From Calcarisporiella thermophila CBS 279.70 (taxonomy: Eukaryota; Fungi; Calcarisporiellomycota), in contig NW_027192215.1 in the NCBI RefSeq assembly GCF_041956535.1, forward strand, positions 289,208-353,207: 64,000 nucleotides of DNA. Reading direction: 5' to 3'. The notes under the pieces are model-generated. The model was not told where the DNA came from, searched no databases, and saw nothing but the letters and a program-made list of their open reading frames with translations. The position numbers were made by a program, and so were the translations under genes. The first letter of the stretch is position 1. Each line of letters starts with the position of its first letter. This document shows positions 1-16,450 of the stretch, in pieces.

Positions 1-2348
<2,348 letters not shown>

Positions 2349-2944
2349 CACAAGCTATTATATATAAGAAAATTTCGTCAATGCCAGATTGACAAAAAAA
2401 AAGATCTAGGTGCGAGCCGTAAGAAAATCTGCAAGTGAACAAAGATGCAAAATTCGGTTAGCAACTTCTTGATTCCATCCATGAAAATAATCATCCAAGG
2501 CTTGACGCCCATCATCCACATCATCATCCAGCCATTTTAGAGGAAAAAGCAAGACTGACCTCGACTACTTCAACCGATTGGAGACGATGAAGCTTAAATG
2601 AAAAGATAAGAAGAGAGAAGAATTTTAACAAGCCCAGTATATAATATTAAGACACATGCACTTTCAAAGAGATAGACACCCGATCCTCATCTCAACTGCT
2701 TTCATCCAAACAAATGATAGAGGCAATAATGCTAGCAGAACTTATATATATATATGAATAGGATGGGCTAGACAAGAAAAGAGGTTGCACTGCCTCGAAA
2801 AATAGCTTCTGCGAGTCAAGCGACTATGTTGAGTGCAAAATTTTTGATCACGTCACTGGTTTTTTTTAAACTTACTCTTCTGGCTCCTAGTTCGTATTCA
2901 TCCCGCCGAATTTGCACCCCTAGATCGCTTTAGCAACAGAAGTG

Positions 2945-5341
2945 ATGGTGAACCAAGATCAGCAACAGCAGGACAAGGTAGCCTCCATTCCACAGCTTTT
3001 TGGCGAACTGGAGCGCGTCGTCAAAAAAGAAGAGTATGAAAAGGCCGTAAAATTATGCGACAAAAGTAATTCCCTCCCTCCTACTTCATTGCGTCATCAT
3101 CTAATTCTAATATTTCCAATCCTAGTCCTAAAGCAATCACCCAATGATGCCGATGCCCTACGCTGCAAAGCTGTAACGCTTATTCGTCTCGAAAAGTATG
3201 ACGAAGCGTTAGGGGCCCTTGCCCATCTTCCCTCGGATGCCAGCGAGGAGGCAATTTTCGAAAAGGCCTACTGTCTATACAGAACCAACCGCCTTGAAGA
3301 GGCCATGGAATTGATTAAGAAGCGGCGAGATTCGGAAAAATCGCTTCAATATTTGGAGGCTCAAGTGGTATGTCTCCCGCAAGAAATTGGCAGCTGACAT
3401 GGCTTTAGAGATTATTTATTTCATGGGAATGTATATGCTAGTATTATCGCAAAGAAGACTATCAGGGTTGTCTACGGCTCTACGAACAGTTGCTTAGAGA
3501 TGCCCAAGATGAACATGAGCGGAGCGATATCCTCACTAATATGGAGGCGGCTAGGGCTGCGTTGCTTCTTTCGGGCGGGCAATTGGAGCAGGAGGTAAGA
3601 AAGCGTATATCCATCTGATACTCTGGGACGTTTGGACTAATACCTTTGGCGTGAGTAGAGCATTGTGAATAATAAACAGAGCACGTATGAGCTCCTCTTC
3701 AACTCAGCCGCGGTCCACCTCAGTCAAGGGGATTTGGCGGGAGCGGCCAAATTGCTTGAGAAATCAACGCGTACGTTGGATGTGTTTGTAGATGGGCTTC
3801 GCTCCTCTCTAACCATTTTTGTCTCTATTCCTTAAGAATTGTGCAAGAAGACCCTGAGCGAACAAAAGCTAACGCAGGAAGAGATTGATCAAGAGATGGC
3901 CGTTATCCTCGTGCAGCTAGCCTATGTATATCAACTACAAGGTCGGCACTCCAAGGCTATCGAATTGTATCAAACGGTACTTAAATACAAGTATGTATCC
4001 AGGTATATTCGGAGCTGTCTCCATGGTCTGACACTATATTATTTTTTATTCTGGATAGACTCGATCCTGCCACTGCTGCTGTAGCAAATAATAATATCGT
4101 TGCCGCCAGCAGCATCGCCTCTAATCTTGCCTTCGATGCTGCCAACAAGCTGAAACAGGCCACCAAGAAGCAAGCGCAAGCCAAGCTGCTGAGAACCCAG
4201 CGCCACATCATTGCGATGAACGAGGCTCTTCTTGCCCTTCACATGGATAAGTTTGCCGTTTGCCGCGAGAAACTACAGATGCTTATTCAGCAGAACCCAG
4301 ACATGGACGAGCTTTGGGTCGCTATGGCTGCCTGCACCCTGAAGCAAAAGAAGGTCTCAAAGGCACTCGAAGAGTTACAGGTGAGCTCCCAGAAACGCAA
4401 GCGCCCCTGCTTCCTTCGCCGCGGCTAACCTCTCTTGTCCTTACTAGAAATATGCCAAGGCAAATCCTTCCTCTCTCGCCATCCACTTTGCCATCATGCA
4501 ACTCCAGCTTCTCCAATCCCAGCAGCCGAATACCGCGATAGAGACCCTGGAAAGATACCTCTCCCACGTCTCTGCGCCTCTTAAGCCCGGCGTGGTCGCG
4601 GTCCAAGTATGGCTCTACCAACAGGCGCAACAGACGGAAAAAGCGATGCAATGTCTTGAGGAGGCGATGGGGCAGTGGGCCAAGTCCGGCAAGTCGATCA
4701 ACACCCGCAGCCTACTGAGGCAGGCGGCTCTGTTCAAGCTGAGATCTGGCAAGCAGCAGGAGGCTGCGAAGGATTTGGAGGGATTGGTCCGGGAAGATCC
4801 GCTGGACGCGCGGGCGGTGGCGGCCCTCATCGAGGCCTATGCCGCATTTGATCCAGCCAAGGCGGAACAGTACGAAAGCGCCCTACCAGAAATGGAGTCC
4901 CTGATGGCGCTCGATGCAGAGCAGCTGGAGGGCTCTGTTCCTGGAGTGCGCGGCAGAAGCTACGGCAAGAGCAAGTTGGAGAGCAGCGACCAACGCCTCC
5001 TCGCCCAGAAGCTGAAAGCGAAACGCAAGAAGAGAAAGCCTCGTCTCCCGAAGAACTACGATCCCAACAAGCAGCCCGATCCGGAGAGATGGCTCCCTCG
5101 GCGAGAGAGATCCACCTACAAGATGAAAGGGAAGAAGAAGGCGAACCTCCTCAGGGGGTCGCAAGGCACAGCTGTGAGCGGAGGAGGTATTGGCGGGACA
5201 GGAAGCGCTAACATCTACAAGGGAAGCAAGGACGAGCCTGCAGAAGAGCAGCAGCAGCAGCAACAGGCGCCGAGCTCAGCCGCTTCCTCAAAGAAGAAGG
5301 AGGCTCCGAAGAAGAAAAAGAAGAAGGGGAACAAGTGGTAG
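2945..5341 (+). CDS. SRP72: Signal recognition particle subunit SRP72, multi-exon
   Basis: N-terminal TPR region (FEKAYCLYRTNRLEEA, LEAQV) and C-terminal SRP72 RNA-binding motif KRKKRKPRLPKNYDPNKQPDPERWLPRRERSTY, with a lysine-rich end (KKKKKKGNKW). Confidence 0.95.
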
Positions 5342-6436
5342 AGGGGAGGGGGGTTGTTGACTTGTTTGACTTTTGCGTGGTCTACCCAAACTCAATAAAC
5401 ATAATAGTTATTTATTTGGCTTGAGAGAGAGGGCTTGTGGGTAGCAGCGTGAGGTGAGGAACCACGCAACAGCATGGATGTTTTCTCCAAACACCACCAC
5501 GCACAAGCTTTAAAATTGATGGGGTCAACCGTAAATTATGGCGTTTTCGAAGCAATAAGAACAAGGTTTATGTCAACACGATGTCGTAGGCAGTCACGAG
5601 CAGGCGTGCAGGGTTAAGGTGTGTCACGTGGGAGGGCTTTGGGTTTGCGGTGGACGAAGGCCTCTTTGACATGGCCACGCAATGAACACTATTTCCGCAA
5701 TGACTTGAGGCGAGCCCGCCCCCCGCGAAGACCGGCTTCGGGGAATAGGGACTGGGCCGTCCATTTGGGGCAAAGATGCCATAGCGCACAAGTTACAAAC
5801 ATCCCCGACCATTTTCAAATACTGGGGATGCTCTGACACGATTTGATTGCAAACGGTTCTGATTGCGAGGGCGCCAGGGGGTGGGGGGGGAGCGAGCGCG
5901 GCTTAGGGAACGGCCGCGCGAGGATGAGGTTGTATTTCTAATCGGCTGAGACGCGCGCGTATCCCATCAAATCGCAAGGCCGTTTGGCCACCGCACGTTT
6001 GGGAGGATCCGAACGAAAAGAGTGACTGGCAATACTTCCGCAAAAGGCATGGATCGCGTGTCCCCATTTTTTTCTGCACTTGCTCTCTTCCTTTTCTGCT
6101 ATAATGACGGGGGAAGATCTGTGCTCTTTGTCACGCAGGGATTTTTTTTTTTGTTTGCAGCTACAGTTTTTTTTTTATTTAACTTCCCAGGTTTTTTTTT
6201 AACTGTTCGCATCCTCCCCCTTCTTTCCTTTCTTCTTCCTCCGCTTCTTCTCGCGCTCCATTTCGGCCGTCATCGCATGCCCCCCCTAATGTGAATTCCG
6301 AATTGCCTTTCCATTTCACGAAATCGCACGCATCCCTCAACCATTTTCCCCCACGCAAAATCTAACTTATATATCCGCAATACTATACACCATATTATCC
6401 CTAGATACAAAAGCCACATATTAACTTATAGACGCC

Positions 6437-7636
6437 ATGTCAATGAACTTGTTCGCTGAGCCCCCAGAGGACTTTGCGGTCCACCTCACCTCGCGGCTGT
6501 TCCCCCGGGACCAGCCCGCCCATCCCATGCAGCCTTACCCGTCCAATGCGCCGCGCGAGCCGGCGAGCTCGCTGCTGCCCTCGCCGACCGAGTTCGACGC
6601 CGCCATCCAGGACTACCTGGACTCGCTCTCTCCCAAGAAGCGCGACAAGGCCGTGCTCGACCGCGAGACCTACAACCAAATACTGTCCGTTCTGCTCGAG
6701 CCGCGGAGCACCCGGGTGGCCACCGCCCAATTTCGATTCTGGGCAAAACGGATGTTCACGCTGGTCGTCGGAGGCGCGGGGCAGACTCTGGTCTGTCACG
6801 ACGACAAACCCGTGGCGGTTAGAGAGGATCTCTACGAAATTATGTCCAGGTGCCACCAAATGGCTTCCCACGGAGGCCGCGACAAGACTAGCGCGCTGGT
6901 AAGGCGGCAGTACTCGTGGATTCCAAAGGAGCTGATAGCTCGCTTTGTGCGCCAGTGCCCACACTGCAACGCGAAACGCTCTGGCGGGCAACGCCTGCCG
7001 CAGTCCTCCCATAACCAGCCCTCCTCCCCCTGTTCCCCCATCTCACCCAGCTCTACCTCGGGGGATACTCCTCCCTCCTCCGCGATCTTGCCCACCAGGG
7101 AGAGAGATCCTTCGCTCCTCATGCTTTTCTCGCCGCGCGAGCCATCCAGGCGGCTGGGCGATTTCAAGACAATCTCGCCCACGTACGAGCCCCCCTCGGC
7201 GCCCCTCTATCTCCCAATGAGCGACCAGACGGCCGAACAGGACACCCTGGGGATGGGGCTGCCGGATGAGATGGCCTTGGACGCGGCCGCGAACGAGTGG
7301 TGGAACATCTCCGCGGTGAACGACGTGTTCCTTACTCTCCCCCCGCATCTCTTCTTCTCCAACTCCTCCTCCAATTTCGCCGCCCTCGCTACTCCCTCAA
7401 AAAACCTCTCCTCTTCCGGCGAGGAATCCCCCAGAACGCCGCCCTCCCTAACCTCCTCTCCCACCCAGTCTTTGCCCGCGGCCACCGACCCCTCCATCGA
7501 CTCATGCACCGCATTGGCCACCGCAGGAGACACAAGCATGGATTTGAATTATTTCTGGGGAGGGGAGTTCGGCCGGCAGGCCGATGACTTGACGGACTTC
7601 GATAGGGTGATGATGTCGTCCGGCGGTATTTTTTAG
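6437..7636 (+). CDS. NOL4-like protein with integrase-type H2C2 zinc-binding domain and Ser/Pro-rich tail
   Basis: 399-aa ORF containing QFRFWAKRMF..KPVAVREDLYEIMSRCH..SHGGRDKT..YSWIPKELIARFVRQCPHC (HHCC motif). No RT, RNaseH or DDE core and no LTRs seen. A short upstream exon is possible. Confidence 0.75.
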   Translation: MSMNLFAEPPEDFAVHLTSRLFPRDQPAHPMQPYPSNAPREPASSLLPSPTEFDAAIQDYLDSLSPKKRDKAVLDRETYNQILSVLLEPRSTRVATAQFRFWAKRMFTLVVGGAGQTLVCHDDKPVAVREDLYEIMSRCHQMASHGGRDKTSALVRRQYSWIPKELIARFVRQCPHCNAKRSGGQRLPQSSHNQPSSPCSPISPSSTSGDTPPSSAILPTRERDPSLLMLFSPREPSRRLGDFKTISPTYEPPSAPLYLPMSDQTAEQDTLGMGLPDEMALDAAANEWWNISAVNDVFLTLPPHLFFSNSSSNFAALATPSKNLSSSGEESPRTPPSLTSSPTQSLPAATDPSIDSCTALATAGDTSMDLNYFWGGEFGRQADDLTDFDRVMMSSGGIF

Positions 7637-9888
7637 CCAAGCTGTATTGTATTAAAGGCCCTACCTATTTTGATATCTATCTATCTATAACATAATTCTC
7701 TTTATCTATTATCTATTCCCAGTAAATAGTTGTGTTGTAAATGTGTGTTTTATTCTATACTATTGGGTATCCTATGTTTCTTTTTTATTTTTGTAAACAG
7801 TTTTGTCCATATCTTTGTTGTTGCTCTCAGCGTTACTATCTTCCTTTCCACTCCCTGGCCTTTTTTTTTACTTTTTTACCTTTTTTTACTCTTTTAGCTT
7901 TAAAGTGGTTTGTGTTGGTGATTTCTGTAAATGTAAAGTATTCTATGCAAGCATCCATCACTGTGCAAAAAGGTCAGCCGTGGAACATGGAGTCTTCTGA
8001 CGTAATTAGAAGTGCCGAAAATCAAAATTGGAATTATCCAATTTACTAGGCCGCCATAATAGCACTGAAGATTATGAAACCCCCCAATTCATACGTACCC
8101 ACCGCGTATTTCAAATAGCACCAAATTATGCCGATACCACTTAACCATTTCCGACCGCCGGTTCCACCCCTCCACGCCCACCACTTCCCCTTATACAGTT
8201 GTGCTGCAAAAAGAAAATAGTACAGGCTAATATAGATTAGATTGCTTCTCCAGTGCTCAGCTGTCAATTTCCTCATGATACATCCGACAAGCTCAAGAAT
8301 GGATTAGTTTTCGCGACCCTCACCAATACGGAAAGGCCCGGTGCCATAACCGTGCTGCATTCGGAAATATTCGAAAGAAAACGAAAATAAAAGTAAATAT
8401 AGAAAGATGGGTAGAGTCAGGCAGAGTGTTCCGTGGTTCCCCACGAGGAAGGAAGACTGCCATTGGTGCTTGGTCTCTTGAGCAGCGGCATCCCCTGGAG
8501 CATTCTATTTCTGTCCCACCGATATGTTGGGATCCTAGCCCTCGCAGCTATTGAAACTGCATCATGAGCGTTTTTGCGTAGCTCACGCTTGAGGAAATAG
8601 GCACAACCTGATCAGGACCATCGTCTGTTTGAATGGCCCATGCTTGGAGATTGTACTATAACCATAGGCAGATAAGGTTGCATAATCATGGCATAGGATA
8701 CAGGCGTTGAAGCCACCTTGGCATAATTTCTACTATATCTCCTTCTCCCCTAAGCGTAGCGATATTTTATCACTAGCCCACTAGGTCGTGGACGAAAACC
8801 ATGTGTGGAGAGTTGGGTTTACAGAGTCCAACTCTCCATCAAGCGTAAATTTGGCTCCTTCTCCTTGGCATATAAGAGGCGCTAGTTAAGTTTAGGGTTA
8901 ATTATGACACATGCCCTCGTTTCTTAACTGATCCCTCGGCCAATAAATGGCATTAGTTTGCCGACCGGCTGATGATTGGACGAGAATCTCTACTATTGTC
9001 CTATAGGCTTTATGGTTTAACCACCACGTATTGTCCATACGCTCCAGCCCTTTTGATCTTTGGTGGCCTGGATAATCACAATATTAGCATATAGATGGGG
9101 GTGATTAATTAGTGAGCTTTCTGAATCCCTGTCCGTCGTAAATAATAGAAAACAAACTATCTGCGCAGGTATCTTTGAGTGAAAACCATACTAACTCCTG
9201 TAAAAAGTTTAAAGCATCCGAAAATGATTATAGCAAATTCAATTTGAAAAATTCGGTGTAGTCATCATCTTCTTACTACTAAATATACCCATTTTATTGT
9301 CTTCTTTTTCATATTATTGTCAGATCTCTATGGCCTTCTTTGGCCTTCGTCCTTTTTGTAGACTATGCTAAGATGCGTTTAACCTTGAAGCAATACACAC
9401 TTAGGTTTCTAATACCATGGAATAACAGTCATTCTGATAAGATCAACCGGAATGTTGCTTTCTTCGTAGGCTAGTTCAACAGAATCTATCGAGTATACAT
9501 GCTCAAAAAAAAAGTGCTAGAGCTCAAATCTCCTCCATAATAGAACGATAATAATGGCAGGAGACATGGCTCTTGAATATATTCATCCTAAGAATAAAGC
9601 TTTCTTGGAACTTACCTCACTTAATCGCAGCCCAAAGACACTGTCATTAGCTCGCCAAACCACAGTAAGCATCTAGCCGCAAATGTGATGCTAGTTTGAG
9701 GGAGCGAAAATCTCTTACTTCAATCTGGTTTTCATCTTTCAATCATTCTGGATGACATCTGCTGGTTTTCAAAATTACAAGGCTAGATATTTATTGAAAT
9801 AGGCGTTAAATTATAGAGTTAACAAAAAGTAATACTAAAGAGCAGGAGTGCATTATCCACAGGGAAAAAAAAACAAGAGGTATTATTA

Positions 9889-11779
9889 TTATGAGAGTTC
9901 AGTCTTTTCGTCTAGGTGTTCATCCGACCCGTCGACCATTTTAGCCATGTCTTGCTCATGCTCGCTCTTGTATTTGTAGAAATAGGCCTGGATCGTGAAC
10001 CACAGCCAGCCACCTTTTCAAGAGAAATCCCACGGTAAGTAAAACGGAGAAGCAAAATGCGCTTAAAACAGTAATATTTACCCAAACCAATTCCCATATA
10101 CATAAAGTATTTGGATGGGCCGGTGACGGTCTTTTCCGCAGTGCCGGCAATGGCGGTGTTGACAATGTTGCCGAACGCAGTCATCAAAAGCCAGATGGAC
10201 GACGTCTGGGCCTTGAGTGCCTTACCGGATTCCTGGTAGCAGAACAGGAGACCCGTCGGGGAGAGGAGGGCTTCGGCGAGAGAGAGGACAAAGAACTGGG
10301 GCACCTGCCACAAGGCGGGCACGCAAGTGGGGCAAGCGACGACCTTGCCATTCTCCTTGATGGGATTGTAGTTCGCCTCGACGCTGATATGCAGCAACCC
10401 AGAAATTAAGAAGGCCATGCACACGAGGAAGAAGCCCAACGAGATACGTCGCAGGGTGGTGCAGCGGATGCCAAGGCCCTTCTCAATGACGGGATACAAA
10501 AAGCCCAAGCTTGGCACCATGATGATGATGAGCAGCGAGTTGATCACTCCGAAGGATTCCGGCGAGACCTTGATGCTTCCGATTTGCTGGTTCATCATCC
10601 TGTATTGGGCTAGGACGGGTGGATGGAGGTTAGCTCGTTTTCGACGCGAGTGAAAAGCTCATAATAAGCAACTTACCTTGCCACTCGGTGGATTTCTGGT
10701 CGTAAATCATCCAGAAGAACAGAGTGGGCAGGATCATGTAGATGATGCGGCCCAAGAGACGGGTTTCCTCCACGAACGGAGCGCCCACATCGGCTAGCGC
10801 AAAGTTTAGGATCCCACCTTTGTGCTGGCGCTCCTCTCTGGATGCGAACAGCCAGCGGCCAAAAGCCAGCACCGCGACCTTGGCGGCCTTGAACGGCAAG
10901 AACTCGCCCACCGGCGGAACAATGCGGTAGTAGCGCACACCAAAGATAAATGCAAGCAAAGCCACTAAAAACATTGCGCTAGGCAGGATATACGAGCCGA
11001 AGTAGCAGGGCGCCCCGAAGCACTGGATGTTGTTTTTGATGTGCGGGGTGATGTTCTGGGCAAGCAGCGAGCCGACATTGATGGTGGTGTAGAACACCGT
11101 GAAGAACCAGTCGATGCCGGTCTTCTGGTGTGGGAGAAACTGGTCACCTCCGTGGGTGGACACGCAGGGTTTGATGCCGCCGGTGCCGATGGCCATGAGC
11201 ACGAGGGCTGCATAGGGCCCGGCAATGGGGATGTTGGGGAAGTCGCCCATGACGTGATTGATCGAGAAAATGGTGAGCAATGCGGTTCCGATGAAGTAGA
11301 TGACGGAGAGATAGACGATGGTGCGGTATTTGCCCAGATACGAGTCGGAGATGGCGGCCCCGAGCAACGGGCAGAAGTACGAGATCACGATGAAGGAGTG
11401 GGTCAGCATCTTGCTGTACTCTGGGGTCGTGCTGCACATGTCGATGAAGTACAGGTACAGTAGCGGCTTGATACCGTAGAAGCAGAACCGTTCGCCGAAC
11501 TCATTCGGGATGATGAAGAAGATGGACATGGGGATGCGGCTCGGGCTGGCCATCAGCTTTGTGTCGACGCGCTCATTCAGCCGGATCTCGAGCTCGAGCA
11601 GCTCGCGGTCGCGCTCCGTCAGCTCCTGGCCCTGGAAGCGGTCCTATGGGTCAAATCGGGAATACCAGCCCGCGCCTGCATTAGACACTTGGGGAGGCGC
11701 GAGGGAAGCGGGCGCGGCCGCGCACACTCACCTTAACCAGGATCTCGTAGACTGGATTGTTTTTCACGTCGTCCCCCAT
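9889..11779 (-). CDS. PTR2: Proton-dependent oligopeptide transporter (POT/PTR2 family, MFS)
   Basis: ExxERFxxYG motif (NEFGERFCFYG), GAAISDSYLGKYRTI, GTGGIKPCVSTHGGDQF, WQVPQF. Exons approximately 11779-11732, 11643-10677, 10599-10082 and 10013-9889. Confidence 0.93.
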
Positions 11780-13925
11780 GGTGGAAAAGAGCAAACCGTG
11801 TGAAAAACGGCGAGTCCCACTTCAAATATCAACCTTTTTTGTTTAGCTTATGCGCAGGATTTCGGGCTCCGTCCACTTGTGCCGGGGTCTTATTGGTGAT
11901 GGGAACCTTAATTTTACAAACAGAGTAGTATGCAGCACACGAGGTTCCAAGGGAGTACAGCCGCAGCTAGTATGGTCACCACCGGTGTGCAACGCTTCAT
12001 CCAAGCAAATGGGCGCTCTGCTCTATTCTGCCAGCAGTCCTCCTCTCGCTCTGCGCCTCAGTATTCCCCGCCAAGACTCAGCCGCTTCTATTGGAACAAC
12101 TCAAACCCTGGTATTAGCTCCGCCCGGGCAAGATTTGGGATGATTTCTGCTGAGTCACAGGCTATGAGTGAAAGGGCACGAGAGAACTCTGGCTAGCTCT
12201 GCTTGTGTAATTCTGAGTGCGACTGGGAGAGGCCAGTCTCGCCGCTTGTTGGTCGACCGCGGTCCCCTCTGTGTGAATTCTATCCTTAAATAACTATGCT
12301 ACGGGAGCTAAGACTGAAATGTCCAAAAATTTAATATTGCAAACATGTCGCCGCGTGGGGGCCTTTGAAACCTCACGTTTCTGCACCCTGTCCGTAAATA
12401 GAATCGTGAATGCGCGATGTCGGAATGCTTAGCGATCGCCTCTCTCAAGCGTGCCACTAGGCCCGAAATTCGGAAATTCACTGGTTGGGGCGAGAACTTG
12501 TCCGGCGGACTACGGAGCCGAGAGGAAGAAGCGGTGGCTGAGTCCGGCTATAGGACTCTCTCGACTTCAAAAAGGACCCAACACGATGGAAAATTGTTCA
12601 GACTCCCCATAGAGATTGTGCCCCAATTCTAACTCTACCGGTGGTTGTTCTGGATATCCACGAGAGTTCTTTCCATCACGCCCACATGGTTGCGTGCTTC
12701 ATGGTACACTCAAGACAATGGATATTCCACGGTTGTACCCTAGGAGTGTTACGGCCAAATAAGCCTGTGACTGTGTAAAGTGTTGCTGTGCACTCTCGCT
12801 GTGAATACACAGCAGCACTTTTCCTTAGCACGACTAGTCGGGCTTTGAATGGAATCAACTGGAGAGGCACAAGTTGGTTGCAGGGTAGATTTTCAATTGC
12901 TCGCATTCCCAATAATGGGCCGTGCGCCTCAAATTGGTGCCATTGTGTGGCTTAGGAAGCTCTTTAGCCACCAATAGCTACGGTGACATAACAAGTTTGG
13001 ATTTTTGGGCCGTCATTTGGGATACGTCTCTCGGTCAACAGGTGATCACGCCCAAATGGTTACCGACTTCGGTCACTCTATTATGCACCCAATGAAACGT
13101 GTGCACACTCTCATTAGGCTGAACTCTTGGCGGTTTTTGTGCTGGTGTCAATAATTAGCAGTGTGTAATATGCGGGTTCATAGAGAGTCTCAGTAATGTA
13201 GCGGCATGAGGATCATTCAAATCTACAATGACTCCCAGCCCAGAAATGGACGAGAATAATTGGGGGTAGGTGGGAGTTTCGTCTGCCGATAGGTGATGAT
13301 GTGCTATGCGGGTATTTAGAACTCCCGCCTCTGCTCTACTACTTGGAGAGCTGTATCATATCAGCTTTGCCTATTCATATGGCTCGCCAGTTTTAGGGAG
13401 TTTGGGAATACGTATGAGCGAAATTCGCGATAAACTTGTGGACTGATAAGACAAAAACTCCATTTAAGCTAGCTCGCGAACTTGGCCTAGAAGGGCCGTG
13501 CTCGCCCTTTCCGGCATCACGGGACAGCCGACCGGCCCAATCAGTTGAATTTCCTCTTGATTGCATGTTTCTGGAATGGCACGGTATATGAGCTGCAGAT
13601 TCGGATAGTGCCCACTGGTCGGGGTCTGAGCCCCCTCTAAGTAGCCTAATTAAATTTTGTGCCGATAGAAATATGAAAGAGGAGCAATGAAAAGACTCGA
13701 TAAAACTATCGCGCTGGTCTTATCTCTGGCTTAGTTGTTGGGCCCAGGTGGTCTTACTCAGTTCAGTTCCCCATTAATGGAGTGTCCAAACCGGTAGCCC
13801 TCCCCCCTTTCGTATTTATTATGTTACCCTCTTCGTACTGTCGCTACCCTTGCCCTCATACTCTCTCCATTGCCGATGCTGCGCGCGTCCATTTGGTCGA
13901 CTTGAGGTTCATGTGCTGATTTATC

Positions 13926-15927
13926 ATGAGCACGAACACCGACATGGCCAAGGTCGTGAAACGGCTTGCCGACAAATCTCAAAACGCTGACATTCCCGAT
14001 CTCTCCATCTCGGATCCTTACTACAATGAGCTATTTTTCGAGTTTAGCGGTAAAGCATGGACATCGGATTTTAGCCGTCCTTTATGCATTGCTCAACATA
14101 ATGTTTGATTCTAGTTTATTGCACCATCCTGAGCATTATTGGAGGATGCCTCGTGGTAATGATAACATTTTTACTCTGGCTTTACGACCGCAAGTTTGTC
14201 GACCGCATCAGCTTGCGTTTGAACTTGGCTATATCTATATGTGATGTACTCCGGTCATCCATGTATTTTATTGCCTTCTACTTCAATGCTTCAGGTGATT
14301 TCCTCCTTTTATTCCTCCCAGCAAACTACAGCCTAGACGCCAACTTGACATTGCTCTCCTCTATTATAATTTTGCGAACTCTTTTGACACGCTGTTCCGC
14401 TTTTAGCTGGGTTCGAATGCAATATCACCATCACTTTCTTCATATTCTTCACCCACATGTATCTTTTCCTAAGCGTGGCGATTGCTCTCAACCTGCACTG
14501 GATTGTTCTAATGGAGCGACGGTTTAAGCCATGGATGGAAGTGTGGATATACTACGGCGGGTCGGTCGCGTTCGCACTATTGCTCAGCTTCACACCGCTC
14601 GCAGCAGGGCGATTCGGCTATGATCAATCTCAAGGGATTTGCTGGTACCGGGAGAGCTATTTGCTGACAAGCAAACTCTGGGAGTTGGTAGGCCTGGTTT
14701 CTCGGCGTTTTCGCTCACTCGAACTTTAACCCGACAATTCTTTTTTCTTTTCTCTCTCTCTTTCTATTTAAGCTAACCTTTATCATCCCGATCCTCATCT
14801 GCATTCTATATTGTAACGTGGTGATTGGATTTGTCGTCGCCAAAATCGTCAAAGAGAACCACTTTATCAAACGCCAAATTACCTCTGCAGGCAAGCACAA
14901 CCCGATATTCTCCCAACAGCAATACACCCAGCTAGCCATCAATCGCATCATCATCCGCATTCTATCCTATCCCCTCATCCCTTTCTTGACGCAATCCATT
15001 CTAATGGTGAACGAGATCTACTTGCAGACGAATGGGCGCATTGTATATGTCTTAGCTATCGCTGCGAACACAAGCGCTGGTTTGCCCGGTAATCCTTTTA
15101 GTGAAACCACTCTTTTTTTTTTCAGAGATCTGGGATTGAATGCCTTGGGTTGCTTTTTAGGGGTCTTTAACTGTCTTGCCTTCCTCTTTGATCCCGCGGT
15201 TGTCAAATCACTCCAAAAGATTCAGTTGGATCTTATCGAGCGCTATGCGGACGACAACCAGCATAGAGTCAAACGCTGGCTTGTGCGCAAGCTTCTTTTA
15301 CCCCTGTTCCCAAGCCCTACGTTGAATCCGGAAGCTTCGAGGCAGGAGGCGGAGTGTGTGAGTAAATCGGTGCCGAAGGAAATTGAGGAGGCTAGGCAAG
15401 ATGAGATTGCCGTCGAAAGCTTATCATTTGACTGTTCACCTATGTCAGATGCGACGTGTGTAGAGCCGCGTCATCTCGGAGCATGGCCAAATCATTTGGA
15501 AATAGATATTGACACGAGAGAATATAAGGAAAAACTTGGAGACCTGGTCGGCAGGGCCCAGTGTGGACGGGAGGGTACAAGATGGATGGGTTTGGAGGGC
15601 AACGAGGATATGCATCATAAGCAACAGAGAACAATGGACTTCAATACAGGACATGAGATCGAGCACAATGGAAAGGGAAGCAGCGGCGCAAAAGGATTAG
15701 GGGGGGATGAGGCCACAGACTTGCGAGCGGCTGGGAGAGTCGATTTCTCCCTCCCCATAGAAGAAAATTTGCCCTCGCATACGAACACCGAGGCTGTGGC
15801 AGAGAGGCTGCCACAACCGCGACGCGGTTCGTGGCAACTCCGAGTCTCGTATTGGAAAGAGTCGGATGAGTTAGAGAATGACAGCGAATGGGCGAATTAT
15901 GCGAAGGAATTCATTGGCCATCTTTGA
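13926..15927 (+). CDS. 7-TM GPCR-like receptor (cAMP-receptor/Git3-like fungal family) with long C-tail
   Basis: Exons 13926-14049, 14115-14294, 14407-14687, 14773-15088, 15161-15927. Seven hydrophobic segments with DRISLRL..D, TM3 Cys (FECNIT), IALNLH, ECL2 GICWY, RILSYPLIP, GVFN..FLFDP. Confidence 0.85.
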
Positions 15928-16450
15928 GGGTGGATGTACAGAGTCGCTCTGGGCTATCCATGATATCTTTTTTATCCTATTTATTCGGGTATAACCTGCT
16001 TTCAGTATCTTTCACTTACATTGGTTCAGTATATGATTCTGGTTTATTATGCATTTTTTAATTTTCTCTAAAAGAAGGGACTCCATGTCGTTGCTTTGCA
16101 ATTTCTACACAACTCAAGCCTGTTTTCTACCTCGAGGCTAATAGAGTTGGAGAAAAGATTCAGTATGTTACAGGCGTGTTATACCAGAGCGCCCACCCCT
16201 TTTCAAACACGGACTCATAGTAGGGGAGCATAGAGAGTCCAAGTGTAAAGTATGTGCCGTTTGGCCAAGATTGCTCAATTCTTTGCTCGGCATGCATTTC
16301 GAACTGTATGCTACAGCCCCAGACATGGCTGAGTTGCTTAAATCCTATAAGGATGTCAGGTGTTGATCGGGGTCAACATGGTATGTATGCAAATAGACTC
16401 CCGCTCTAATAAAGCATATGTTCGGATATCTCTCTTCGAATCCATCCAGC

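Noticed and set aside
6437-7636. Active LTR retrotransposon
   Set aside because: Only the zinc-binding motif is present; no protease, RT, RNaseH, DDE core or LTRs.
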